Shown here: positions 13,294 to 25,606 of the stretch, piece by piece
How the letters are laid out: every line of letters begins with the position of its first letter
Position numbering within the stretch: position 1 is the stretch's first letter
From: Somniosus microcephalus
Lineage: Eukaryota
DNA length: 64,000 nt
Direction: 5' to 3'
Assembly: GCA_052327205.1 (NCBI GenBank)
Contig: CM126234.1
Coordinates: forward strand, 9,362,001 to 9,426,000
Position numbers and translations under genes: made by a program
The notes under the pieces: generated by a model
Told to the model about the DNA's origin: nothing
The model's database searches: none
What the model saw: only the letters and a program-made list of their open reading frames with translations

Positions 13294-13347
13294 GGTAACC
13301 CTGGTGCTGATGGTCCTCCCGGTCGTGATGGTGCAACTGGTATGAAG
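13294..13347 (+). CDS. col2a1: Collagen alpha-1(II) exon, 54 bp
   Basis: ag|GNPGADGPPGRDGATGMK|gt. Confidence 0.97.
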
Positions 13348-13674
13348 GTAAGATAAACAAATTGTACATTAACACTGAAGGGAATTAGTGAGCTTTTATA
13401 CAATGGGGTCTTGCTTGAAATTAGTCGTAAATAAATTCAAGACTTAAATATAAAAATGTTCACAAACCCATTTCACTGAGGAACAGGAACAATACAGTTA
13501 GTTACAAAATAAAGCACCCTCTGCCCCAGTAACCTGCCTGAGTCCCAATCTCAGAAGTGCACCCACCCATGGACCTGAGTGAGATTCGAGCCAAACTGGG
13601 AGCATTTTGCACTGTGAACCCATGTTCGATAGGAACTGAATTGGCATTGCTCTCTGCTTCAATTACCACAGTTA

Positions 13675-13866
13675 GTGATTGAAGTAGAGATCACGTCAAC
13701 ATTTAAGAGAAGGTTAGATAGGTGGTTGAAGGGAAGGGGAATACAGGGATATGGGAACAGGGCGGGAACATGAGATTAAGATTACTGATCGTGTGGGGAA
13801 TAAACACCAACACGGACAGGTCGGGCTGAACAGTTTATTTCTGTGTTATAATTTCTAAATAATTCT
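13675..13866 (+). mobile_element. Old CR1-type LINE 3' end fragment
   Basis: TTTAAGAGAAGGTTAGATAGG...GGGATATGGG...TTTCTGTGTTATAATTTCTA, the typical CR1 3' terminus. Confidence 0.6.
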
Positions 13867-13867
13867 G

Positions 13868-14000
13868 AGAGACTGTCTGAACTCATATAACATAGGACCC
13901 TTACAGTCCGCAGAAAGTGAAGGCTTTCATCACCTCAGTCTGGGCTAGATTTGAATCAAGGGCCCAGGGACAAAGGGCAACAACTAACCCATTGCACTGG
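13868..14000 (-). mobile_element. Ancient tRNA-SINE head resembling LF-SINE
   Basis: AACTCATATAACATAGG...CTGGGCTAGATTTGAA...CCCAG resembles the reverse complement of the LF-SINE 5' region as I recall it. Confidence 0.4.
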
Positions 14001-14697
14001 CTAGTACCTCGGAAATTAATGCTTAAACATCTAAACATTGAACATCAGCAAACATGATGCCTCATCTTTGCTCCCTACAGCAAGTGCATGCAGAACTCCT
14101 GCACGTGTCTGAATAGGTATTAAAATGTGTGAATTTGTGAGGTTAAGTGCTACCATCAGGATTCCAGTTCCCCAACATTGCAATTTGTAGCAAAGACGGT
14201 ATATTCAAAGAAAACATTGATTAGACAGTGGTTAAAAGCTGTCCAAACAGATAACTAGTTAGTTTCCATAACAGATTAAGTCAACAACTAAATAATATAA
14301 TGTATTAACTGGTAACAGATAAATAAATGGTTTTATTCATTGATTAATTAAAACTTTTGTACGCATTGCTGAACTTATTCGGAAGAACCATGTTGAATTT
14401 TTTCATATTCCTTATATTGTGTTCCAGTTCACTGAGTTCATTTTGTGCTTTCTGTTGAGTTCACTTTTATAAATGTGCATCGGTAATGCCAATGCCAGAC
14501 CAAGGGAAAAGTTCACACAGAGAGAATGTTTTTACGTACCCCGAGGTTGTCAACGCTATCAAGGTGGGGAGGGACTCCATTAATCCTAGATAGAGCCAGT
14601 GGCAGATTGATAAAGGGGGGGGGGGAATTCATGTGCCAATACCAGGCAAAAAAAAGAGAGGCTCCTTGTACCTCAAGCATTAACTGTGCAAGGGATA

Positions 14698-17600
14698 GGC
14701 ATGTACCCAGTTATTACCAGTGCCAGAGAGGGATGGGCATGTACCCAGTTATTACCAGTGCCAGAGAGGGATGGGCATGTACCCAGTTATTACCAGTGCC
14801 AGAGAGGGATGGGCATGTACCCAGTTATTACCAGTGCCTGAGAGGGATCAACATGTACCCAGTTATTACCAGTGCCAGAGAGGGATGGACATGTGCCCAG
14901 TTATTACCAGTGCCTGAGAGGGATCAACATGTGCCCAGTTATTACCAGTGCCTGAGAGGGTTGGGCATGTGCCCAGTTATTACCAGTGCCACAGAGGGAT
15001 GGACATGTGCCCAGTTATTACCAGTGCCAGAGAGGGATGGGCATGTACCCAGTTATTACCAGTGCCAGAGAGGGGTGGACATGTGCCCAGTTATTACCAG
15101 TGCCTGAGAGGGATCAACATGTGCCCAGTTATTACCAGTGCCAGAGAGGGATGGGCATGTACCCAGTTATTACCAGTGCCAGAGAGGGATGGACATGTGC
15201 CCAGTTATTACCAGTGCCTGAGAGGGATCAACATGTGCCCAGTTATTACCAGTGCCAGAGAGGGATGGGCATGTACCCAGTTATTACCAGTGCCAGAGAG
15301 GGATGGGCATGTACCCAGTTATTACCAGTGCCTGAGAGGGATGGGCATGTGCCCAGTTATTACCAGTGCCACAGAGGGATGGGCATGTACCCAGTTATTA
15401 CCAGTGCCTGAGAGGGATGGGCATGTGCCCAGTTATTACCAGTGCCTGAGAGGGATGGGCATGTACCCAGTTATTACCAGTGCCTGAGAGGGATGGGCAT
15501 GTGCCCAGTTATTACCAGTGCCACAGAGGGATGGGCATGTACCCAGTTATTACCAGTGCCAGAGAGGGATGGGCATGTGCCCAGTTATTACCAGTGCCTG
15601 AGAGGGATGGACATGTACCCAGTTATTACCAGTGCCTGAGAGGGATGGGCATGTGCCCAGTTATTACCAGTGCCACAGAGGAATGGGCATGTGCCCAGTT
15701 ATTCCCAGTGCCAGAGAGGGATGGGCATGTACCCAGTTATTACCAGTGCCAGAGAGGGATGGACATGTGCCCAGTTATTACCAGTGCCAGAGAGGGATGG
15801 ACATGTGCCCAGTTATTACCAGTGCCTGAGAGGGATGAGCATGTACCCAGTTATTACCAGTGCCTGAGAGGGATGGACATGTACCCAGTTATTACCAGTG
15901 CCTGAGAGGGATGGGCATGTACCCAGTTATTACCAGTGCCTCAGAGGAATGGGCATGTGCCCAGTTATTCCCAGTGCCAGAGAGGGATGGGCATGTGCCC
16001 AATTATTATGAGTGCCAGAGAGGGATGGGCATGTGCCCAGTTATTACCAGTGCCAGAGAGGGATGGACATGTGCCCAGTTATTACCAGTGCCTGAGCGGG
16101 ATGAGCATGTGCCCAGTTATTACCAGTGCCTGAGCGGGATGAGCATGTGCCCAGTTATTACCAGTGCCTGAGAGGGATGGACATGTGCCCAGTTATTACC
16201 AGTGCCACAGAGGGATGGGCATGTGCCCAGTTATTACCAGTGCCTGAGAGGGATGGGCATGTGCCCAGTTATTACCAGTGCCACAGAGGGATGGGCATGT
16301 GCCCAGTTATTACCAGTGCCACAGAGGGATGGGCATGTGCCCAGTTATTACCAGTGCCAGAGAGGGATGGGCATGTGCCCAGTTATTACCAGTGCCTGAG
16401 AGGGATGGGTATGTGCCCAGTTATTACCAGTGCCACAGAGGGATGGGCATGTGCCCAGTTATTACCAGTGCCACAGAGGGATGGGCATGTGCCCAGTTAT
16501 TACCAGTGCCACAGAGGGATGGGCATGTGCCCAGTTATTACCAGTGCCAGAGAGGGATGGGCATGTGCCCAGTTATTACCAGTGCCAGAGAGGGATGGGT
16601 ATGTGCCCAGTTATTACCAGTGCCACAGAGGGATGGGCATGTGCCCAGTTATTACCAGTGCCAGAGAGGGATGAGCATGTGCCCAGTTATTACCAGTGCC
16701 AGAGAGGGATGGGCATGTACCCAGTTATTACCAGTGCCACAGAGGGATGGGCATGTGCCCAGTTATTACCAGTGCCAGAGAGGGATGGGCATGTACCCAG
16801 TTATTACCAGTGCCACAGAGGGATGGGCATGTACCCAGTTATTACCAGTGCCACAGAGGGATGGGCATGTGCCCAGTTATTACCAGTGCCAGAGAGGGAT
16901 GGGCATGTACCCAGTTACTACCAGTGCCAGAGAGGGATGGGCATGTACCCAGTTATTACCAGTGCCTGAGAGGAATGGACATGTGCCCAGTTATTACCAG
17001 TGCCAGAGAGGGATGGACATGTACCCAGTTATTACCAGTGCCAGAGAGGGATGGGCATGTACCCAGTTATTACCAGTGCCAGAGAGGGATGGACATGTGC
17101 CCAGTTATTACCAGTGCCAGAGAGGGATGGACATGTACCCAGTTATTACCAGTTTCAGACAGAGAGGGAGATGGACATGTACCCAGTTATTACCAGTGCC
17201 AGAGAGGGATGGACATGTGCCCAGTTATTACCAGTGCCAGACAGGGATCAACATGTGCCCAGTTATTACCAGTGCCTGAGAGGGATGGGCATGTGCCCAG
17301 TTATTACCAGTGCCAGAGAGGGATGGGCATGTGCCCAGTTATTACCAGTGCCAGACAGGGATGGGCATGTACCCAGTTATTACCAGTGCCACAGAGGGAT
17401 GGACATGTGCCCAGTTATTACCAGTGCCAGACAGGGATCAACATGTGCCCAGTTATTACCAGTGCCTGAGAGGGATGGGCATGTGCCCAGTTATTACCAG
17501 TGCCAGAGAGGGATGGACATGTACCCAGTTATTACCAGTGCCAGACAGGGATCAACATGTGCCCAGTTATTACCAGTGCCAGAGAGGGATGGACATGTGC

Positions 17601-18665
17601 CCAGTTATTACCAGTGCCAGAGAGGGATGGACATGTGCCCAGTTATTACCAGTGCCTGAGAGGGATGGGCATGTGCCCAGTTATTACCAGTGCCAGAGAG
17701 GGATGGACATGTGCCCAGTTATTACCAGTGCCAGAGAGGGATGGGCATGTGCCCAGTTATTACCAGTGCCTGAGAGGGATGGGCATGTGCCCAGTTATTA
17801 CCAGTGCCAGAGAGGGATGGGCATGTGCCCAGTTATTACCAGTGCCTGAGAGGGATGGACATGTGCCCAGTTATTACCAGTGCCAGAGAGGGATGGACAT
17901 GTGCCCAGTTATTACCAGTGCCTGAGAGGGATGGGCATGTGCCCAGTTATTACCAGTGCCAGAGAGGGATGGGCATGTGCCCAGTTATTACCAGTGCCAG
18001 AGAGGGATGGACATGTGCCCAGTTATTACCAGTGCCAGAGAGGGATGGGCATGTGCCCAGTTATTACCAGTGCCTGAGAGGGATGGACATGTGCCCAGTT
18101 ATTACCAGTGCCTGAGAGGGATGGACATGTGCCCAGTTATTACCAGTGCCTGAGAGGGATGGGCATGTGCCCAGTTATTACCAGTGCCAGAGAGGGATGG
18201 GCATGTGCCCAGTTATTACCAGTGCCAGAGAGGGATGGACATGTGCCCAGTTATTACCAGTGCCAGAGAGGGATGGGCATGTGCCCAGTTATTACCAGTG
18301 CCAGAGAGGGATGGACATGTGCCCAGTTATTACCAGTGCCAGACAGGGATCAACATGTGCCCAGTTATTACCAGTGCCTGAGAGGGATGGGCATGTGCCC
18401 AGTTATTACCAGTGCCAGAGAGGGATGGACATGTGCCCAGTTATTACCAGTGCCAGACAGGGATCAACATGTGCCCAGTTATTACCAGTGCCTGAGAGGG
18501 ATGGGCATGTGCCCAGTTATTACCAGTGCCAGACAGGGATCAACATGTGCCCAGTTATTACCAGTGCCAGAGAGGGATGGACATGTGCCCAGTTATTACC
18601 AGTGCCTGAGAGGGATGGACATGTGCCCAGTTATTACCAGTTTCAGACAGAGAGGGAGATGGGCA
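14698..18665. repeat. 38-bp minisatellite, about 104 copies (GCATGTGCCCAGTTATTACCAGTGCCAGAGAGGGATGG)
   Basis: Direct reading. Only a few variant positions (G/A, CAG/CTG/CAC, GGG/GGA/CAA). Confidence 0.98.
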
Positions 18666-19219
18666 GGTACTCCAAACATTAGCAGTAGTAGATGGGTGCT
18701 CCACATACCATTGACACTGCCAGGGCCGGACAGGAGCAGACTCCATACACTGAGGAATCCTACACTGAGCTGCCATGGTTAACAAAATGGCAGAGCATGC
18801 TTACTGAATGGTTTCCTCTTTCTATGTAGCTAAATGTAAGTGAAACTGTATTTTTGATTCATAAAAGGTGTTTAATGTTCTTTTTATTTGACTTTCTGCA
18901 AAATTTTCAAACTTCACATCTTCCCTTCATTCTGCAATCTTCTGTTGCAAGCCAATAATTAATGCGATTTTTAACCCCCCTCCCCACCCCACCCCAAACC
19001 ACAGTAAATGGACTGGGGGTATCCGGGCTAAACTGTACCTTGAGACATCATTCAGGTCATTAGTTGTACCTTTGGCTGAAAAATTGAATCAAAGTACAGT
19101 ACCATTCAACATGTAAAAAATAATTGTGTTATGCTGTGGTCAATGTTATTGTATGGTTTAAAGGAACCTTTTCAGGTTATTAAATATTTAATACAGATAG
19201 CGTATCTTAGGCTGTTAAA

Positions 19220-19440
19220 ACCATAGAAGTCTATAGCACTGAAGGAAGCCATTTGGCCCATTGTGTCTGTGCCGGCTCTTTGCCAGAGCAATCCAAAACT
19301 AATTCCACTGGCCTGCTTTCTCCCAATTGCCCTGTATCTTTCTCTGCTTCAAATATTTATCCATTTATCCCTTAAATGTGGTCGCTACTTCAAGCATTCC
19401 CTGTGGTAAAGTATTCCATGCTCCAACAACCCTCCACATG
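19220..19440 (-). mobile_element. Old CR1-type LINE 3' end fragment
   Basis: CATAGAAGTCTATAGCACTGAAGGAAGCCATTTGGCCCATTGTGTCTGTGCCGGCTC is the reverse of a CR1/HER1 tail. Confidence 0.6.
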
Positions 19441-19557
19441 AAGTAGTGAAAGCTCATTAATCTACTGAAAAAGATTTCCGTTTCAAACTTGTTGATGATT
19501 CTTGTCCTCTGGAGATCAGTGATTGGCTGGTGATGACTTTCTCCTTCTTCTTGATAG

Positions 19558-19665
19558 GGTGACCGAGGTCAGACTGGTCCTGCTGGTGCCCCTGGTGCTC
19601 CTGGTGCCCCTGGCGCTCCAGGTCCTGTTGGCCCAACTGGCAAGCAAGGAGATAGAGGTGAACCT
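19558..19665 (+). CDS. col2a1: Collagen alpha-1(II) exon, 108 bp
   Basis: ag|[36 protein letters not shown]|gt. Confidence 0.97.
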
Positions 19666-19907
19666 GTAAGTATCAGTGTCTTTAGAGCATCTAAATTGTT
19701 TAATTTGCAATAGTTGGAAAATAATTGACATGTAACATGTAACACAGGTCAGAAAGATTTTATGTATTCAATTGTTAAATTCTTTACATTTAGTTTCTTA
19801 CATTTTTACTAAAGAGCATATCACTAAGTAATTTTGGTCACTAGAAATCTTTGTATTCTGATTGTGTTTTATGACTGAATTAATAAAGCTATTTTCCTTT
19901 GATGTAG

Positions 19908-19961
19908 GGTGCTCAAGGTCCAATGGGTCCTTCTGGTCCTGCTGGTGCTCGTGGTATGCCT
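19908..19961 (+). CDS. col2a1: Collagen alpha-1(II) exon, 54 bp
   Basis: ag|GAQGPMGPSGPAGARGMP|gt. Confidence 0.97.
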
Positions 19962-20620
19962 GTAAGTAATCTTTATAATTTAATATTTTATAAAATTATG
20001 GTGTGAGATTTTTTTCAGTTAATTAGGCTGAATGAAACAAGAAGTTGGGTTAAATTTTTAGGTTAACGTTTAATGGGAAAGAGCAATTTTATTGCATCAC
20101 AAGTTGCATCACACATGTAACAGCTGAGGTAATGCTACACACTGCAGAAATAATGCCTCATTTCAGAGCTTCCTGCTTCAGTAATAGCATATCAACTGTC
20201 TCAGAGAATGTAGAGAAAAACATTTTGGGAAGATGTAATACACTCACTCCTTACAAACCAAAGGAAGGCCCCAGGCCGACAATGGTGCAAGCACTTCACT
20301 TACCTTTAACTAGAACTGTCAGTATCAGGACAATGCTAGGAATGAGGTTTATGATCAAGCAGAGTGTCTGATCACAAGCCCATTGAAACACATAGGCCTT
20401 TACATGATACTGAAATACAATATTTTATTTTAATACCTTGGTTAAAATAATGCCCAATCGAATTTCAACCAGCCATGTAAAATTCATACATTGATATTGT
20501 CATTCCAGGATCATGTAGAAGTGTTTATTTTTGTAAAAATGTATACATTTTTAACCCAAAATATGAGTCTTATTCCAAATCAGCGAGACTTGACGAGCCT
20601 GCTTTAACCTCTTGCGTTAA

Positions 20621-20767
<147 letters not shown>

Positions 20768-20867
20768 TAATCAAAACATTGCATTGTAAACCTAGTGGAA
20801 CCAATTATTTTCACTTTTTATGGGCTCCTATATACTATCTAACCTAACTTCTTATTTGTAAAGATAC

Positions 20868-21290
20868 AAGAATTTGCATTCGTATTGCATCTCATCATGT
20901 GCTTAGGACACTACAAAGTACTTCATATCTAAATAATTATTTTGAAGAGTAGTTGCTGTTGAACTTCAGTCAAATGAGGCAACCAAATTGCACTCAGCAA
21001 GATCCCACAAACAACAAATGAAAGAATAACCACAAAATCTGTTTTTGGTGATCTTCATTGAGTTGGGACACCAGAACTCCTCTGCTCATCTTCCAATAGT
21101 GCCACAGGATCTTTAACATCCACCTGAACAGGCAGACAGGACCTTGATTTGATGTCTCATCCATCTCTGGTCACGCAGCACTCCCTCATTACTACACTGA
21201 AACATCACCCTAGATTACATCTTAAGTCCTGAAGTGGGACTGGAAGCCACAATCTTCTGACTCAACGGCAAGAGTGACACCAACTTAGCT
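20868..21290 (-). mobile_element. Diverged DeuSINE (SacSINE1-like)
   Basis: Collinear with 11270-11655 and 36740-37200. Confidence 0.7.
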
Positions 21291-21337
21291 AGGGGATCAA
21301 CAATTTCTTATATCCAGACTGATGCAAGAAATTGATG

Positions 21338-21712
21338 CCCTCAGTTGGTAAAGCCAGTGTATAACAGAACCACACAATCCCCGATCTGTGTCGAGTTCAA
21401 TTATCCAGCAGTGGTGGCAATAGGGGCACAACATTTGGCCTCAGCACTGCTAGGTTAGGGAGGGGGAAAATTATCCAAAGTTTCCACTCCTGATCACTAT
21501 CCAGTGATCCTCTACTGGGAAGTGCATGATTGGACATCAGTTACAGACAGGATAGAGCTTGGCTGTAATGCGCTTCCAATGATCAGATAGCCAGCCAACA
21601 CTCACTGTGCTGGCTCAAGGATGGCCATTTGGGTGAGATAGCAGAGGGCAGCCTGGACCCATGGAACCATATTGTAGCAAGAGTCAGTGCCTTCAGGAAA
21701 GGAGAGGCAAAA
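21338..21712 (+). mobile_element. Old tRNA-derived SINE, family not identified (related pieces at ~30820-31000, 31610-31730 and 34330-34600)
   Basis: A CTCAGTTGGTAAAG head and a shared body TCTGTG..GAGTT...TAGGGAGGGG...CTCCTGATC recur on both strands. Confidence 0.6.
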
Positions 21713-23311
21713 TTAAATGAGAAGATTAAGAAATTGATTGTTGCCATAGTTGAGGGTCAATGTAATATCTTTAAGTTGTGCACGTTTAGCGTAGTTTCAC
21801 AGAGCTATAACTATCTGTACCCATCCTCTAACTCTGGGTACTTGTCTTGTCCAACGTTGTAAGGACCAAAGGATTCGTTTCTATGTACCAGGTTGAAGGT
21901 AGTGGTGGCCTGCTGACCAGTGTCAAGGAAATATTTTGAACAAGGTTGGATGAAGGAGCCATATTGCCATTTGTAAATGTGATGTAATGACTACTTATTA
22001 CCTTCACTTGTGGATGGATTTGAAAATGAGAAGGGTTAGTATTTAAAAGAGAGAGAAATTAATTTTCCTGTGATAGATCATAAGGTTTTTTTTTAAATCA
22101 GTTTAAAAAGTTTTCAGAATTTGTCATTTTTTGCAGCAGATCCTCAAGGTGGTGGGCAGTGAAACACTATTCTACCCTTGTACCTAGTGTCAGTATCAAG
22201 CATCAAGGTCACATATAGCATTAACCAGATATGGAGTAAGACACCCTCTGCTTTATTCCACACCAACAACCTCAGAGGAGGACCCCCTTCCTCAGCATGG
22301 GACCATTGCGAATTTTTCCTTATACATCAACTAGCCTTGTAGCTCTTCTAAATGAGGTTGGCTTTTTGTGCCAAATGATCCATTATTTTGTGGTCCCATC
22401 AGGAACATAGTTGAAATTGCCCAGACTCTTCGCTAAGAGAGAGGAGATTTCTATTGGTCAAGCCTTGGGTTGTAGCCATGGCCAGCAGTTAAGGGACACT
22501 GTGTTAACCATTGTACTCTCAAATCCATTGGAAGGTACTAGGCTGCTTCAACTAGGATCAGCTAGTCTTTTCTAGTTAATTGAAGGATGCGTTGATATTC
22601 TGCTGGACTGCATAGCTTATTAGTGATTCCAAATGAAGGAAGGGCTGGTCACCCAGAACAGGTTTCCCAGCATCCACCAAATATACACTGGAGCCAAACA
22701 TTTGTCAGTGTAAACACACCCATGATAGTATAGGTTGATGATAGTACACCCCTTGACATTTGTAGCTTCTCTCACTGAGGGTTGTAAAACCAGTGAGTTT
22801 TGTCCAAGTAAGAAAACAACTTATTCTATTTTTGCAGATAAAATTATTCTAATTCTCAGAATTTATTTGCATTTTATTATAAGACAATTATGTGTCTCAT
22901 TTTAAAACAACCCAAGACTTTTAGGAACAAGAAAAGACATTTAAGGTCAAGAAGCTCATCTGTTTTTCAATAGATCAACCTCACCTACCCGCCTTCTCGC
23001 TATATATCCCTCAATCCCTCAATCCCTCCTCCCTCCAAAAACACATTGAATTGTCACTTGACCCTATTGGCGTGCCCTGTCCTCACTCCTAGTGTAAATT
23101 TCAATACAGAAAAAAGGTCCTGCCCCAATTTCTGCACCTGCCCACCTAGATTATGTGAGTTTGCGCCTCTAAAATGTAGGAATTTCGGAGCTGTGGTCAC
23201 ATGTCAGAGAATGGCTTGCTGTGAATCTAGTATTCATTATTTTATGTAGCTCATTCTATTGTAACATATTTAGTGTGAATATATAAAATTCCTGTTTTCT
23301 TTCTTTCCCAG

Positions 23312-23365
23312 GGTCCTGCTGGTGATCAAGGTGCTGGTGGTGCTGCTGGTCCTGCTGGTCCTAGA
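23312..23365 (+). CDS. col2a1: Collagen alpha-1(II) exon, 54 bp
   Basis: ag|GPAGDQGAGGAAGPAGPR|gt. Confidence 0.97.
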
Positions 23366-23639
23366 GTAAGTATTACTTTCAGTTTTGCAGTAGGTTTTCT
23401 TTAGGCAAAACACAAGGGAGAAAATACATTTCCAATACAGGAATTCTGGATAAAGACTGTTAAAGATGCGCAGTACCACATCATGAATACTCAGACATCT
23501 GTTTAACAATGACACCCTCCAAATACCACCATTAGAAATCTTCTACCTAAGATTAACTCCTCAAAATCAAAGCTTGTCCGAAACATGCAACTCATTTCAG
23601 ATTAAAAGCTGAGGTTATATGGAATCTGTACTATTTAGT

Positions 23640-24012
23640 GGGTATGGTAGCCTCGTGGTTATGATCCTGGAATAGCAACTTGGAGGTCCAGTTCAAATCC
23701 CACGAAGTGCAAGTTCTGAAATTCAATTCAATAAATCTGGTCATTTGTATCAGGAAAAATTACCATGGAAGCTGCTGGAATGTTGTAAACCAACCCCTCC
23801 CCCCCCACCCCCCGGATCATTCAGGGAAGGGATCATACCATCCCTACCCAGTCTACTCTGCATGTGACTCCAATCCCACACTACTCTTCGTGTTCTCTGA
23901 AGTGGCCTAGCAAGCTACTCAATTATAAAAACCATCACTATGGCAACTGGGGATGGGCAATAAATGCAGCCTTGCCGGTGTCATCCACATCCTGAGAACA
24001 AATATAAATAAA
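23640..24012 (+). mobile_element. tRNA-derived SINE with LINE-derived tail
   Basis: A/B-box-like GGTAGCCTCGTGG and GTTCAAATCC, tail GGGATGGGCAATAAATGCAGCCTTGCC and an A-rich end. Confidence 0.6.
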
Positions 24013-24191
24013 ATCTAGAAAGCAACAGTCCATTGTTTAGGTCTTCGCCCCCTTTAAGAAGTATTGTAAATGGTCAATCTACATTATATTATTTAAAGTC
24101 TAACAATTATGTTGCTATTGATTCACAAAGGATAAAAGCATAACTGTTAACAGCAGCTGGTTTATAACTGTATTTGTTATCTCCATTCCAG

Positions 24192-24299
24192 GGTCCTCCC
24201 GGTCCTGTTGGGCCACCTGGTAAGGATGGTGCTAATGGTCTGTCTGGTCCCATCGGTCCACCTGGCCCACGTGGTCGTTCTGGTGAAACTGGCCCAGCT
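24192..24299 (+). CDS. col2a1: Collagen alpha-1(II) exon, 108 bp
   Basis: ag|[36 protein letters not shown]|gt. Confidence 0.97.
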
Positions 24300-24647
24300 G
24301 TGAGTATCATGCCATCACTCTCTGTATTCAGCACATTTGATGTCCTTGATTGTAGTCACTGTAACATCAGTATGCCTAGCAAGCGTTATACCTACTGTTG
24401 TAAATAACAGATAATCAGCAAGCTCTTAATATGAAAGAGATAATTAAAAAAGTAGCGAAACAACAAATAGAATCCTATATAACTGAGTGAACACTCTTTC
24501 TTCTCCTTACTTCCTCACTGTTGAAAACAAGACTCATCCCACTGTCTCCTGCTCTAACTTATTCTTTCCCATAACTGTGGATCCCCTCACCTCCTTGAGG
24601 TTATTATGTAACAAGTTTTAATGTTACTATGGATATTTCCCCAACAG

Positions 24648-24936
24648 GGTCCTCCTGGTAACTCTGGTCCACCTGGTCCTCCTGGTCCTCCAGGCCCTGG
24701 CATCGATATGTCTGCCTTCGCTGGCCTGTCACAACCTGAGAAAGCTCCCGATCCACTCCGATACTTCCGGGCTGACCAGGCTGCTCCATCCCTTCGCCAA
24801 CATGACGCAGAGGTTGATGCCACTCTGAAATCCCTCAACAACCAGATCGAAAATATCCGCAGCCCAGAGGGAAGCAAGAAGAACCCAGCCCGTACCTGCC
24901 GAGACCTGAAACTTTGTCATTCAGACTGGAAGAGCG
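24648..24936 (+). CDS. col2a1: Collagen alpha-1(II) junction exon, 289 bp (end of helix, C-telopeptide, start of C-propeptide)
   Basis: [30 protein letters not shown]|DQA...[16 protein letters not shown]. The [10 protein letters not shown] telopeptide is diagnostic of type II collagen. Confidence 0.98.
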
Positions 24937-25418
24937 GTAGGTAGACATGAGGATCAAAATGGCACCAGCACATTGACCTAAAATATAGCATCCATGGTAA
25001 AGGGAGGGTAAATTTAGTGGCCGTCATATTTAGAATCCTGTGCTTCATCTCAACTCCATCAGCTTGGTGGATCTAGCTATCCAATGTACCTTAGCAAACC
25101 AATGGTACCACCGCATTTTAAATGCCTGGTCTTTTTCTCATCACTAGTCTCAGTGTTCGCTCTCTGCACCAGTTTCATAGGAACAATTTGAAAACATTTA
25201 GCTTTGTTTCCAAATGTCTCCTTCCAGATGACACTTTAATCAATAAAAATTTCTGACTCTAAATAAGAATTTTAACTAAATTCCACATTTTGTGAATGGA
25301 AATATCCAGTATGGAATGGTGTGAAAAGTCTACGATATGTGAGTTTCAATGGGACAGTCTTTGTACAATTTCACAGCAAGTCTGCTCTGTGGTTTTGTTA
25401 ATGTTCGTTCTATCACAG

Positions 25419-25606
25419 GTGATTACTGGATCGATCCTAACCAGGGCTGCACACTCGATGCCATCAAGGTCTTCTGTAACATGGAAACCGGTGAGACGTG
25501 CGTCTATCCTAACCCAGCAAGCATCCCACGCAAGAACTGGTGGACAAGCAAGGGCAAAGACAAGAAGCATGTATGGTTTGGCGAGACCATGAATGGTGGT
25601 TTCCAC
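25419..25606 (+). CDS. col2a1: Collagen alpha-1(II) C-propeptide exon, 188 bp
   Basis: ag|(G)[30 protein letters not shown]...[11 protein letters not shown]|gt. Confidence 0.98.

Noticed and set aside
14526-18782. Many Cys-rich ORFs and a CRISPR-like ~38-bp periodicity
   Set aside because: Units are head-to-tail with no unique spacers, the context is eukaryotic with no cas genes, and the ORFs simply cycle through frames.
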